In this document: piece by piece, positions 13,337 through 23,438 of the stretch | Layout of the letters: every line of letters starts with the position of its first letter | Numbering within the stretch: position 1 is the first letter of the stretch | Source: Dehalococcoidia bacterium | GTDB taxonomy: Bacteria > Chloroflexota > Dehalococcoidia > SM23-28-2 > RBG-16-64-32 | DNA length: 64,000 nt | Assembly: GCA_035512435.1 (NCBI GenBank) | Contig: DATKDX010000028.1 | Span: 13,871 to 77,870, forward strand | Direction of reading: 5' to 3' | Made by a program: the position numbers and the translations under genes | Notes under the pieces: generated by a model | Seen by the model: only the letters and a program-made list of their open reading frames with translations | What the model was told of the DNA's origin: nothing | The model's database searches: none

Positions 13337-16336
13337 TCAAGCCTCTTCTTCTGGGGCAAAGCCCCGGCGAACTGTGTTTTCGGTGACGGCACGAGGTTCC
13401 ATGAACTGGCGGACGTAGTCCGGGCCGCCGGCTTTTTCGCCGATGCCGGAGAGGGCGGAGCCTCCGAAGGGGTGGCGCCCAGGGATGGCGCCGGTGATCT
13501 TGCGGTTGATGTAAAGGTTGCCGACGGCGAATCGGCGGCGGGCAAACGCAATGTGGCGCGGGTTACGGGAGTAGACGCCGCCGGTCAGCGCGTAGGGGGA
13601 GTTCATGGCGATCCCGAGTGCCTCATCGAAGGTGGCTGCGTGGAAAACGGCGAGGACCGGGCCGAAGATCTCCTCCTGGGCAAGCGGCGAGTCGACAGGC
13701 ACGCCTGTGAAGACGGTGGGACGGACGAAGTAGCCAGGGGAGTCCGGTGTAGATGCTTGCGCGGAGAGCGTAGCGTAGTCGCGGGCGGAATCAATGTAGG
13801 ACTGGATAGTGTCGCGGGCGGATGCGCTTATGACGGGCGAGACGTAGGTCGCAGGGTCGTGCGGGGGGCCGACGACGAGGCTTCCAACGGCGGCGTTGAG
13901 GCGGGTGAGCGCTTCATCGTAAGCGGAGCCGACGATGATCAGACGGCTGCAGGCGCTGCACTTCTGGCCGGCGTAGGCGAATGCCGAAGCAACGGCGCCG
14001 GCGACGGCCTGGTCGAGGTCAGCATCATCGTCGATGATGATGGCGTTCTTGCCACCCATCTCCGCTATGACTCGCTTGACGTTGCGGGCGTCATCGCCGG
14101 CCGTGAGCAGTTCGCGGGAGGACTTCGCAGCCGATTCGATGATGCCGAGGCCAACTTCGCTTGAGCCGGTGAAGGCGACGGTGTCGATGCCGGGATGCTC
14201 GATGAGGGCCTGGCCGACGACGCTACCGCGTCCAGGGAGGTACTGGATAGCGGCGGGCGGAACTCCAGCGTCGCGCAGGGCGCGGACGAGGTGGTAGGCG
14301 ATAATAGGCGATTCACCGGCAGGCTTGAGGATGGCCGGGTTGCCACCAGCCAGCGCGCCCGCGGTCATGCCGCCGATGAGGGCCATGGGGAAGTTCCAGG
14401 GGGCGATAACGGCGACGACACCGCGACCGCGGTGGAAGTAATCGCTGTGCTCGCCGGCGACGCCGCCCATGGTTCGTGGCGTTTCCAGCTCGATCGCCTG
14501 GTCAGCGTAGTAGCGGAGGAAATCGATGGTCTCGCGGACGTCGTCGTCCGCTTCGGCCCAGGGTTTGCCGGACTCGAACACCATGAGGGCGGCGAGATCG
14601 TAGCGGCGCTCCTCGAGAAGACCGGCGGCGTGGCGGAGGATATCGGCGCGTTCGGTCGCCGGGGTGTCACGCCAGCCGGGAAAGGCGTCGCGGCCTGCCG
14701 CCACTGCCTCGCCAACGTCAGCGAGCGTCGCCTGAGCAACGGTGCCGATGACCGTCTCGGGTTCGGCGGGATATGTAATCGCGGCGAATTCGCGGTCGGA
14801 AAGTTCGCGGTCGCCGCTAAGCAAGAGGTGGGAGTCGCCGAAGTTTTTGCGGGCGTCGGCGATGGCCTGCGACATGCGCTGGCGTACGTCGGGTACGAAG
14901 AAGGGGGCGGGCGGCGCGTTGACGAAGGCGCCCTCGCGAGGCGGAGGCGGTTCGAGTTCGTCGGGAAGCCCGAGGGCAGGGCCTCGGCCATCACCGGAGG
15001 AGGCGGCGTTGAACCACGCCTGGTTCGACGTGTTCTCCAGCAGTCGGCGGACGAGATAGGCCATGCCGGGGATGACCTGGCCTACCGGCACGTAGATGCG
15101 CGTTCGGTAACCCATTTCGCCGACGGCCGTGCGTAGGCCTTCAGCCATGCCGAAGAGCGTCTGGATCTCGATGGCGGCGGGGTCGTGGCCCGCGACTTCC
15201 CACTTAGCGATTGCCTGGGCCACGGAGTACGGGTTGTGGGAGCCGAACGCGGGCCGAAGGTGTGGATAGGCCGCTACCAGCGCGTCGGTGCAGCGGTCGT
15301 AGCAGGCGTCGGTATCGGCCTTGCGGCTCCACACCGGGACGGGCCAGTTGTTCTGATCGGCGACGATGTGCTCCTCGTCCCAGTAGGCGCCTTTGACGAG
15401 GCGGACGCTGAACGGCGCCCCTCGCCGTTCGGCGAGCGAGCGCAGGCGGGTGAGGTCCTCCTCGGCGTCGCGGGTGTATGCCTGGACGACGATGCCGGCG
15501 GCTTCGAAGTCCGCTAATTCGGGCTCGGTGAGGAGGTCGGCGAGAGTGCGATGGGCAAGGTCCTTGTAGCGGTATTGCTCGATGTCCAGGTTCATGAAGG
15601 CGCCGCGCTCCTTCGCCAGGCGGAAGAGCGGGCGGAGGCGCGAGCGAGCAGTCTCGCTGACGTAATCGGGTGCACCGGGCTCGAGGTGAGCGCAGAGGGC
15701 GCTTAGCTTGACGGAGATGTTGACGGGCGGGACGCTGGCCCAAACCTCGCCGTGGGGACTCAGTTCTGGACGGGCGGAGAGAGCTTCGATCAGCTCGCTG
15801 TAACGGGCGAGATAGGTATCGGCCTCGGCGTCGGAGAGGGTCTCTTCGCCGAGGAGGTCGACAGTGTAAGCGACGCCCTGGCGGGCGAGTTCACGGAGTG
15901 CGTTGGCGGCCTGGTCGGGCGTTTCCCCGGCGATGAAGCGGGCTGCCATGGCGAAGACGCCCTCGCGGACGACGCGGGAGAGGACGGGGCGAAAGACGGG
16001 CTGCGAAGCGAGTCCGGAAGCAGCGCCGATGATGCCGGGGCCGGCGCCGCGGAAGTATTGTCGCACGTGGTCGGCGACGGAGCGGGCGTTGCGCAGAGTG
16101 GGCAGGACGTCGACGAAGCGTAGGAGCTTGGTGCGGAAATCGGGGTCGTTGGTGGCCCAGTCGAGGAGACGGGCCTGCCACCAGGCGGGCGAAAGGGTGA
16201 GCGGAGGATGGGAATCGACGGCCCGGGCAAGGCGCTGCTCGAGCGAGCGGATCTCAGCATCGAGTGTGGTTGCGGCCATCGGTTCAATTGTACGACCGTG
16301 GAATGGGCGGGAATGTTGCGGAATTCGAACAAGCAA
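13337..16336 (-). CDS. putA: bifunctional proline dehydrogenase / L-glutamate gamma-semialdehyde (P5C) dehydrogenase PutA
   Basis: 999-aa ORF. A proline dehydrogenase region is followed by an aldehyde dehydrogenase region with a catalytic Cys motif (AGQKCSACSRL) and EMGGKNA. The start is ambiguous: TTG at 16336 or ATG at 16279. Confidence 0.85.
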   Translation of the reverse strand: MLVRIPQHSRPFHGRTIEPMAATTLDAEIRSLEQRLARAVDSHPPLTLSPAWWQARLLDWATNDPDFRTKLLRFVDVLPTLRNARSVADHVRQYFRGAGPGIIGAASGLASQPVFRPVLSRVVREGVFAMAARFIAGETPDQAANALRELARQGVAYTVDLLGEETLSDAEADTYLARYSELIEALSARPELSPHGEVWASVPPVNISVKLSALCAHLEPGAPDYVSETARSRLRPLFRLAKERGAFMNLDIEQYRYKDLAHRTLADLLTEPELADFEAAGIVVQAYTRDAEEDLTRLRSLAERRGAPFSVRLVKGAYWDEEHIVADQNNWPVPVWSRKADTDACYDRCTDALVAAYPHLRPAFGSHNPYSVAQAIAKWEVAGHDPAAIEIQTLFGMAEGLRTAVGEMGYRTRIYVPVGQVIPGMAYLVRRLLENTSNQAWFNAASSGDGRGPALGLPDELEPPPPREGAFVNAPPAPFFVPDVRQRMSQAIADARKNFGDSHLLLSGDRELSDREFAAITYPAEPETVIGTVAQATLADVGEAVAAGRDAFPGWRDTPATERADILRHAAGLLEERRYDLAALMVFESGKPWAEADDDVRETIDFLRYYADQAIELETPRTMGGVAGEHSDYFHRGRGVVAVIAPWNFPMALIGGMTAGALAGGNPAILKPAGESPIIAYHLVRALRDAGVPPAAIQYLPGRGSVVGQALIEHPGIDTVAFTGSSEVGLGIIESAAKSSRELLTAGDDARNVKRVIAEMGGKNAIIIDDDADLDQAVAGAVASAFAYAGQKCSACSRLIIVGSAYDEALTRLNAAVGSLVVGPPHDPATYVSPVISASARDTIQSYIDSARDYATLSAQASTPDSPGYFVRPTVFTGVPVDSPLAQEEIFGPVLAVFHAATFDEALGIAMNSPYALTGGVYSRNPRHIAFARRRFAVGNLYINRKITGAIPGRHPFGGSALSGIGEKAGGPDYVRQFMEPRAVTENTVRRGFAPEEEA

Positions 16337-16534
16337 GAGCGTGAAGGCGGTGACGGAGGCGGAGAGCCGAGGACCTGGGGCCTAGAACCAAGATCCAAAG
16401 CCGGCTTGTGAGCGTGGGGACTGATCGGGAAAAGCGGTCGTTACGAAGCGGCTTCCGAGCGCCAGGGGAGCAGGGAAGGAGACAAGCCCGGCAAAGAGGG
16501 GCGCCCTACATCCTGGAGCTCGGGAGCAGCTTCA

Positions 16535-17209
16535 TCAGCCGGCAAATCGATAGCCCTTACCGCGGACGGTGAGTATAAACGCGGGATGATTTACATCGTC
16601 TTCGATTTTCTCGCGAAGGCGCCCGACGTGGACGTCGACGGTGCGGGTCTGGCCAAATCCGTCGTAGCCCCAGACTTCCTGGAGGAGAGTGCCCCGATCG
16701 ATGACGCGGCCGCGGTGTTCCATCATGAAGACGAGCAGGTCGAACTCCTTGGGGCGCAGAGTCACCGTTTCGCCAGCCTTGAAGACCTCACGACGGACAA
16801 CGTCCGCCGCAACGTCGCCGCTGACGAGGACCTGCTCGGCAGGCGCCTCCGCCCAGCGGCGGAGACGGACGCGGACGCGGGCCATCAGTTCCTTCATAGA
16901 AAATGGTTTGGTTACGTAGTCGTCGGCGCCGATTTCGAGGCCAACGACGCGGTCAATCTCGTCTGTGCGCGCGGTGAGCATGATGATGGGCGCCCTCGAC
17001 TCCTTGCGCAGGGCGCGGCAGACTTCGAAGCCATGCATCTTTTCCAGCATGAGGTCGAGGATGACGAGGTCCGGCTTCTCGCCGCGGGCAAGGGATAGGG
17101 CTTCTTCGCCGTCGGACGCGGTCAGCACCTGATATCCATCACGCTCCAGACTGAAGCGCAGAGTGGCGACGAGTGTTGGTTCGTCATCGACGACGAGTAC
17201 AGTGGCCAA
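16535..17209 (-). CDS. OmpR/PhoB-family two-component response regulator (no adjacent histidine kinase)
   Basis: Receiver domain (VVDDEP...DLVILDLML...KP) plus a winged-helix trans_reg_C domain (LTVRGKGYRF). Confidence 0.9.
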   Translation of the reverse strand: MATVLVVDDEPTLVATLRFSLERDGYQVLTASDGEEALSLARGEKPDLVILDLMLEKMHGFEVCRALRKESRAPIIMLTARTDEIDRVVGLEIGADDYVTKPFSMKELMARVRVRLRRWAEAPAEQVLVSGDVAADVVRREVFKAGETVTLRPKEFDLLVFMMEHRGRVIDRGTLLQEVWGYDGFGQTRTVDVHVGRLREKIEDDVNHPAFILTVRGKGYRFAG

Positions 17210-17754
17210 TAGCTCTGTTTACCTCTGCGCCCAGCGTAGTGGAGCGTACGGGCCGGTTCTTTAACGCGAGGTTAAACGGCGTAAGGCTTTGGTTAAACGG
17301 TGGCGGCTAAGGATTCCAGGTGACGGTAACGACAGGCCGCCAAGTGGGGTCGTGTTCGCGGGAGCCGTAGCGCATGCCAGCGCCGGTAGCGTTCTCATTG
17401 GCGACATGGTCTGCCAACCGTTGTTGCCTGTGCCATCGACCCAGAGCCGGACGTCGTCATCAACCGCATAACCGACGCACGGTGTCCGTGGTGATGTACG
17501 CGCCGGCAGCGGCAAGCACGGCTGTGAGGAACGCGTAAGGCACGATGATCTTCCACCGGATGTGGCGGAAAGGGCCAGCGAAGCACGGTAGCAGACCCGT
17601 TGTCCGGGCAGCGGCAGAACGCTCATCAGTTAGACATGGCAGGGAAGTTCTTACTGCTACGCGGAAGGGGGCGTTCAGGATTGATACGTGCCCGAAAGAT
17701 GCAGGTAGGGCCTGTACACGCGGATTTCTTGGGGATTGGCCTACTGTCTGAGGG

Positions 17755-18135
17755 ATGGAATCTCAACAGACGAACCACTTGGGCCGACAGAACAGCTGGT
17801 CCCTCTTTTCCGCTCATGGCCGCGTCATCCTCTATATCGCTCTATGCCCCGACTGTACGGTCGACGGAATTGCGCAGGCTTTGAGCCTCTCTGAGCGCGG
17901 CGTGCGCCTGATCCTGCGCGACATCCGGGCGGCGGACATGGTGAAGATCAGCCGACGAAACCGCCGCCACCATTACCGCGTTAACCTGGACGCGCCACTG
18001 CTGCACCCGACGATAAAGGGGCTGACACTCCGTCCCCTGCTGGGACGGCTTGTCCATCAGGCGCAAAACGGTGACCGCGAGGAGTGCGTGCGCCTGGCCA
18101 GTAGCGGTAACCGCAAGGCAGTCGCGACCGGATGA
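17755..18135 (+). CDS. ArsR/SmtB-like winged-helix transcriptional regulator (paralog 1)
   Basis: 126 aa with an HTH and wing pattern (ILYIALCPDCTVDGIAQALSLSERGVRLILRDI...RRNRRHHYRVNL). A CxxC sits where the ArsR alpha3 metal site would be. Confidence 0.6.
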   Translation: MESQQTNHLGRQNSWSLFSAHGRVILYIALCPDCTVDGIAQALSLSERGVRLILRDIRAADMVKISRRNRRHHYRVNLDAPLLHPTIKGLTLRPLLGRLVHQAQNGDREECVRLASSGNRKAVATG

Positions 18136-18536
18136 CACAGGTCACCTCGCCCCAAAGAGAAGCGGCTGAGCGCGCGACACCAACGATCGACTGGTCGCTG
18201 CTTTCTCCCCAGGGGCGCGTGATCTTTTATGTGGCGCTATGCCCCGCCTGCACGGCGACGGAGATCGCGATGGCTCTGGGAATGACCGAACGTGGGGTGC
18301 GGTTTCTGCTGCGGGACTTGATCCGCAACGATTCGCTGCTCGTGGAGGAGCGCGGGCGGCGCCACCATTACAGGATCAACCTGGACGCGCCGCTGCTGCA
18401 CCCGACGATCCAGGGGCTGACGCTGGAGCCGGTACTGGGCAAACTGGTGGAAGAGGCGGAGCGCGAGGGCAACGCAATCTGTGATCCGGACCAGGCATCG
18501 GCAGAGCGCACTGACAGGCCCACAAACGGCGGCTGA
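18132..18536 (+). CDS. ArsR/SmtB-like winged-helix transcriptional regulator (paralog 2), translationally coupled to paralog 1
   Basis: 134 aa, about 60% identical to the upstream paralog across the HTH/wing (IFYVALCPACTATEIAMALGMTERGVRFLLRDL...RRHHYRINL). ATGA start/stop overlap at 18132-18135. Confidence 0.6.
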   Translation: MTQVTSPQREAAERATPTIDWSLLSPQGRVIFYVALCPACTATEIAMALGMTERGVRFLLRDLIRNDSLLVEERGRRHHYRINLDAPLLHPTIQGLTLEPVLGKLVEEAEREGNAICDPDQASAERTDRPTNGG

Positions 18537-18716
18537 CCAGAAGCGTCAGCCTGTTTACTTGCAACAGTCTTCCGCGCTAACCTTGTGCTGCAGGTGACGC
18601 ATATTTACTCGGCCTACAGGGCGAGCTTCGATTCATAAGTTACCCGATTCGTTGAACGATACCCGCCGGAAACCAGGCGCCGGCCAAGCCCTATTCCACC
18701 GGACCGGGAAAGTCAA

Positions 18717-20000
18717 TTGACGATCCCTCTCATACTGATCGTCCTGATCGCGGTCAATGCTCTGTATGTCGCCGCTGAGTTCTCGACGGTCAGCGCCAGG
18801 CGTAGCCGGATCCGCCAGCTGGCACAGGAGGGGAATCGCAGCGCGTCGTGGTTGCTGCCGGTGGTGGAGAACCCGCAACGGCTGGACCGCTACGTGGCAG
18901 CCTGCCAGATCGGTATCACCCTCTCTAGCCTCGTTCTCGGGGCGTACGGCCAGGCCGCGCTTCCGGGCGTCATCAGTCCGCTTCTCTCCGACTTAGGCGC
19001 AATTCGGGAGGGAGGAGCGCAGGCCGCCTCTGCAACCATCATCCTGATCGGGCTGACCTCGCTGCAGGTACTCTTCGGGGAGCTTCTGCCGAAATCGTTA
19101 GCGCTGCAGTTTACGACCCAGGTGGCGCTGCTTTGCTCCGTACCCATGGCGATATCCCTGCGCCTCTTCAGCTGGTTCATTGCGATTCTCAACGGAAGTG
19201 GCGTAGCCATTCTCCGCCTCCTGGGGACGGGCGACGCGACCCACCGTCACATCCATTCGCCGGAGGAGATTCAGTTGCTCCTGGTGGAAAGCCGAGACGG
19301 CGGGCTGCTGGAGCCAGATGAGCAACGGCGGCTGCTGAGCGCCCTATCGCTGGGCGAGCAGTCCGTCCGCGCGCTGATGGTCCCCCGCACGCGTGTCGTG
19401 TGCGTGGACGCAGACTTGCCGATGGAAGAGATCGAAGGGCAGATGCTGGACAATCCCTACACGCGCTTTCCTGTGTTCCGGGAAGCGCCGGACAACATCA
19501 TCGGCGTCCTGCACTCCAAGGACCTGGTGCGGCGCCGGCTGGAGGACGACTCCATGCCGACAATCGAAGAATTGGTCAAGGAGCCGGTGTTCGTGCCGGG
19601 GACGGTGCCTGCCGACCGCGCGATTGCCATGCTGCGCGAGCAGCACAGCCAGCAGGCCATCATCATCGACGAATATGGTGGCTTCGAGGGAATGGCAACA
19701 ATCGAGGACCTGTTGTCTGAGGTGCTGAACATCAAGACGATCCAGTCCCCGGCCGCGGAGAAGCTGGCCGACGGGCGGATCCGTGTTTCGGGGTCGATGC
19801 GACTGGACCAAGCCGCAATGTGGATTGGCTCCCAGGAAAGCGATGCCGAGACGGTCGCCGGCTTTGTGATCGAGCGGCTGGGGCACATCCCGGACCCCGA
19901 AGAGTTCATCGAAGTCAACGACATCCGCATCGAAGTGGAAAGCGTGGCCGAGCACGCGATCCGGTCCCTGCTGATTACGCCGGTGGCGGCTGGGGCCTAG
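18717..20000 (+). CDS. CNNM/CorC-HlyC family transporter (DUF21 transmembrane domain + CBS pair + CorC_HlyC domain)
   Basis: 427 aa with a DUF21 N-terminus (LIVLIAVNALYVAAEFSTVSARRSRI), a CBS pair and a C-terminal transporter-associated domain. TTG start. Confidence 0.8.
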   Translation: MTIPLILIVLIAVNALYVAAEFSTVSARRSRIRQLAQEGNRSASWLLPVVENPQRLDRYVAACQIGITLSSLVLGAYGQAALPGVISPLLSDLGAIREGGAQAASATIILIGLTSLQVLFGELLPKSLALQFTTQVALLCSVPMAISLRLFSWFIAILNGSGVAILRLLGTGDATHRHIHSPEEIQLLLVESRDGGLLEPDEQRRLLSALSLGEQSVRALMVPRTRVVCVDADLPMEEIEGQMLDNPYTRFPVFREAPDNIIGVLHSKDLVRRRLEDDSMPTIEELVKEPVFVPGTVPADRAIAMLREQHSQQAIIIDEYGGFEGMATIEDLLSEVLNIKTIQSPAAEKLADGRIRVSGSMRLDQAAMWIGSQESDAETVAGFVIERLGHIPDPEEFIEVNDIRIEVESVAEHAIRSLLITPVAAGA

Positions 20001-20002
20001 TC

Positions 20003-21337
20003 ATGGATACGGTGCTGATTCCTCTGCTGATCACGGTCGGGTTGATCGCGCTCAACGGGCTCTTTGTCGCCGCGGAGTTCGCGATCATCGGAACGTCGCG
20101 GCCGTCTGTCGAGCAAAGGGCTAAGAAGGGGGACCGGCTGGCGAGCCTGGTTTCCGGCGTTCTGCAGAACCCGCAAAACCAGGACAGGTACATCGCGACG
20201 GCGCAAATCGGTATTACGTTTGCGAGCCTGGGGCTTGGTATGTACGTGGAGCATCAGTTCGCGCACTGGATCGCGAGCGGCTTCGATTCCCTGGGCCAGG
20301 CACAGTGGATCCTATCTCACTCGCTGGCTACGGTACTGGCCATCCTCATCATCACGTACTTCCACATTGTTTTCGGCGAGATGATTCCGAAGTCGCTGGC
20401 TTTGCAACGCGCGGAAAGGACGGCGCTGCTTGTCAGCCCACCGATGCTGGCACTGAAGTACGCGTTCTATCCGCTGGTTGTAGGACTGAACGGAATCGGC
20501 AACACTGTGCTGAAACTTGTGGGCGTGGATCGCTCCAGCGGTGGGAACGAACAGTTCTATTCGCCGGAAGAGCTGCAACTGGTGGTGCGGGAGAGCCTGG
20601 AGGGGGGCCTGCTGCGCAGCGAGTCCGGGAACGTGATCCGTGAGCTTTTCGACTTCCCCGAGCTTACCGCCGGCGGAGTGATGGTGCCGCGAGTCCGCAT
20701 CAAGGGCATTCAACTGGGCGCGGAATCGGAAGCTCTGAAGGAACTGATGCGCGAATCGCCTCACACCCGCTACCCGGTCTACAAGGAGAACCTCGACCAC
20801 ATCGTAGGAATGCTTCACGCCAAGGACTTACTGCGGATCATCACATCGGGCGCGAGCGTGGAGGAGCGCACTCTCCGGGCGATCCGGTACGTCCCGGAGA
20901 CCACGCATCTGGACGTCACGCTGGCGGCGCTGAGGGAAAACGAAAGTCAGATGGTGATCGTGATGGACGAGCATGGTGGGACAGCGGGACTAATAACGAC
21001 GGAAGACCTGTACGAAGAGCTGATCGGCGAGGTGGAAGAGGAGCAAAGCTCGCCGCAGATGATGACCTGGGTGAGAGGCGGATTGTTGTCGGTGGACGGC
21101 GCGGTGCGGCTGGAGGACGTGGGCGAGGAGTTCGGCTTGGAACTGGTGCACGAAGAGGTGGACACCGTGAGCGGCCTGGTGTTGATGCTCCTGGACCGGC
21201 CGCCAAACGTGGGCGACCGCGTTACCTACGAAGGTCTATCTTTTCAGGTGACGAAGGTGGAGGGCCACGGAGTGGAGCGCTGCATGGTGAGCCGGCTGCC
21301 CGGTGCTGCACGCACAGACGACGCGGGTCCCGCCTAG
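20003..21337 (+). CDS. CNNM/CorC-HlyC family transporter, tandem paralog
   Basis: Same architecture (LIALNGLFVAAEFAIIGTSRPSVE...). The true ATG at 20003 lies 3 nt after the upstream stop; the track ORF 19820.. is a spurious 5' extension. Confidence 0.8.
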   Translation: MDTVLIPLLITVGLIALNGLFVAAEFAIIGTSRPSVEQRAKKGDRLASLVSGVLQNPQNQDRYIATAQIGITFASLGLGMYVEHQFAHWIASGFDSLGQAQWILSHSLATVLAILIITYFHIVFGEMIPKSLALQRAERTALLVSPPMLALKYAFYPLVVGLNGIGNTVLKLVGVDRSSGGNEQFYSPEELQLVVRESLEGGLLRSESGNVIRELFDFPELTAGGVMVPRVRIKGIQLGAESEALKELMRESPHTRYPVYKENLDHIVGMLHAKDLLRIITSGASVEERTLRAIRYVPETTHLDVTLAALRENESQMVIVMDEHGGTAGLITTEDLYEELIGEVEEEQSSPQMMTWVRGGLLSVDGAVRLEDVGEEFGLELVHEEVDTVSGLVLMLLDRPPNVGDRVTYEGLSFQVTKVEGHGVERCMVSRLPGAARTDDAGPA

Positions 21338-21368
21338 CCTCCTCTAACAAAGAGACCGGCCGCGGGGG

Positions 21369-22124
21369 TTGCCGCAAACCACATCAATGACGCCTTGGTA
21401 CAGTGATGCCGTGGTATTTCGGACGGTAGCCGCGATCTTGGCGCTGCTGCTCGCCGGTTGCGCTGGTGGTGACGCGACGGACCGGGCACCGACATCGACG
21501 GGCGAGCAGTTCGCCCTTCCCTGGACGCCCGGCGAGAGGTGGTTCCTCGTCGGTGGCCCGCATTGCGATAGCCCCTCGGAGGACTGCGGGGAGCAGCCGC
21601 GGTACGCGCTCGATTTCGCCCCGATAGCTCCGATCTACGGGGATGCCTGCCGCCCGGGAAGCCTTGAACCGTACTGGGTGACTGCGGCCGGCCCGGGCAT
21701 CGTCCGTGTCGCCGGCCAGTCGCTGGTGGAGATTGAGCATGAGGACGGCCGGCGAAGCGGGTACTACCACCTGCTCAGCTCGTCGATGCAGGTGACCGCA
21801 GGGGATGCGGTGGGGATGGGAGACCACCTGGGACACCCATCCTGCGAGCACCTGCGCGGAGGGGCCTCGCGGGGACTGCACGTCCACTTCTACTTCTGCG
21901 AGGCACCTGCAGGCGATGACGCATGCCTCGGGGATGCGAGCGCCGCGGCCGCGATTGAGGGGCTGACACTTTCCGGCTGGCGAGTCGTTGAAGCCGACAC
22001 GAACTACGAGGGCAGGCTGGAGCGAGAGGGGGAGCGACGGACGGCGGTGAACCTGCGTTGCGACGGCTCCGACGCTGCTTCAGCGGAGTGCGGCGAGCGG
22101 CGAAACGACATTGCCTCCGACTAG
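21369..22124 (+). CDS. lipoprotein, probable M23 (LytM-like) metallopeptidase
   Basis: Signal peptide with an LLAGC lipobox. HxxxD / HxH-like motifs (YALDFAP, HVHFYF). The start could be 21387. Confidence 0.5.
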   Translation: MPQTTSMTPWYSDAVVFRTVAAILALLLAGCAGGDATDRAPTSTGEQFALPWTPGERWFLVGGPHCDSPSEDCGEQPRYALDFAPIAPIYGDACRPGSLEPYWVTAAGPGIVRVAGQSLVEIEHEDGRRSGYYHLLSSSMQVTAGDAVGMGDHLGHPSCEHLRGGASRGLHVHFYFCEAPAGDDACLGDASAAAAIEGLTLSGWRVVEADTNYEGRLEREGERRTAVNLRCDGSDAASAECGERRNDIASD

Positions 22125-22231
22125 CGCGTGAACGTAGTGTAAACTTGTCGGCAGCCGTGACGGAGACACGTTCATGGTGCTGTGCATCCCCAGACCCAGC
22201 CAACGCTCAGTAGTGAGAAGGAGGGACCCGG

Positions 22232-23367
22232 ATGACTCTACGGCGCGCATTTTCTGCGCTTCCCCTGATGCTTATCGCACTCGCAGTCCTGGCGTTTGCC
22301 GCCTGCGGTGACGATGACGATAGCACGCCGACACCGACGAGCGGTGACGCCACGCCAGGCGATGAAACGCCTGGTGACACGGCCAGCCCCGGCGGCGGCA
22401 GCCACAGCCAGATCCTGCAGGCGGTGCTGGACCGCGGCGAACTCGTTTGCGGCGTGAACGACGCCGTCCCCGGGTTCGGCTTCCTGGAGCCGGATGGCAC
22501 GTTCTCCGGCTTTGATGTTGATTACTGCAAGGCAATTGCCGCAGCCGTGCTGGGCGATCCCGATGCCGTCGAGTACGTCCCGCTGACGGCGGAGGCGCGG
22601 CTAACGGCAGTGCAGACCGGACAAGTCGACGTGCTGATCCGCATACGACATGGACGAGCAGCCGCGACGCCAGCTCCGGCCTGAGCTTCGCGGCGACGAC
22701 GTTCTATGACGGCCAGGGCATGATGGTGCGCGCGGCGGACGGCTTCACGAGTGTTGACGACCTCGCAGACGCGACTGTCTGCACGCTGCAGGGCACAACG
22801 ACAGAGCTGAACCTGGCCGACCGTTTGCCCAACTCTGAAGCTCTGGGCTTCGAGGACAACGACACGCTGCAGCAGGCCTTCATCGAAGAGCGCTGCGACG
22901 GCTGGACGTCGGACAAGTCGCAGCTGGCGTCGCGGCGCTCCGCCTTCCCCGAGGACGCTGGTGGCCCGGAATCGCTGGTCATCCTCGAGGAGACGTTCTC
23001 CAAGGAGCCGCTTGGGCCCCTGACGATCGACAACGACTCGCAGTGGTTCGACGTGGTGAACTGGATCGTTATCGGCACGATTCTTGCCGAAGAGGCAGGC
23101 GTCACCAGCAGCAACGTCTCGGCGCAGGCTTCCGCGCCGGACAACATTGACATTGCGCGCCTTCTCGGTGTGCCGTTCGAGGGCGGTGAGGTCTTTGAGC
23201 CGGGGCTGGGCATTGATGCCGACTACATGCAGGATGTCCTTGCAGCCGTCGGCAACTACGGCGAGATCTACGACCGCAACATCACGCCGATCGGAATTGA
23301 ACGTGACGGCACCCTAAACGCCCTGTGGACAGACGGCGGCCTGATCTACGGCCCGCCGGCCCGGTAA
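22232..23367 (+). pseudogene. aapJ: general L-amino acid ABC transporter substrate-binding protein (AapJ-like), disrupted by a -1 frameshift near 22640
   Basis: The N-terminal part reads in frame 2 (lipobox AACG, ...QTGQVDVLIR) and continues in frame 1 (TTWTSSRDASSGLSFAATTFYDGQGMMV...). One base is missing in the codon after CTG-ATC-CGC. Confidence 0.7.
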
Positions 23368-23438
23368 ACGTCCTGAACCGAAGTAGCGGGGTAGCGGTCC
23401 GGCTAACATGCCGGGCCGCTACCCAATAGGCTGCAACC

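Noticed and set aside
19820-20002. 5' extension of the second CNNM gene overlapping the first
   Set aside because: The extension is Arg/Gly-rich. ATG at 20003 immediately follows the upstream stop and begins the conserved DUF21 N-terminus.
22232-23367. Two separate small genes (22232..22684 and 22720..23367)
   Set aside because: Together they reconstruct one AapJ-like binding protein across a -1 frameshift. They are treated as a single disrupted gene.
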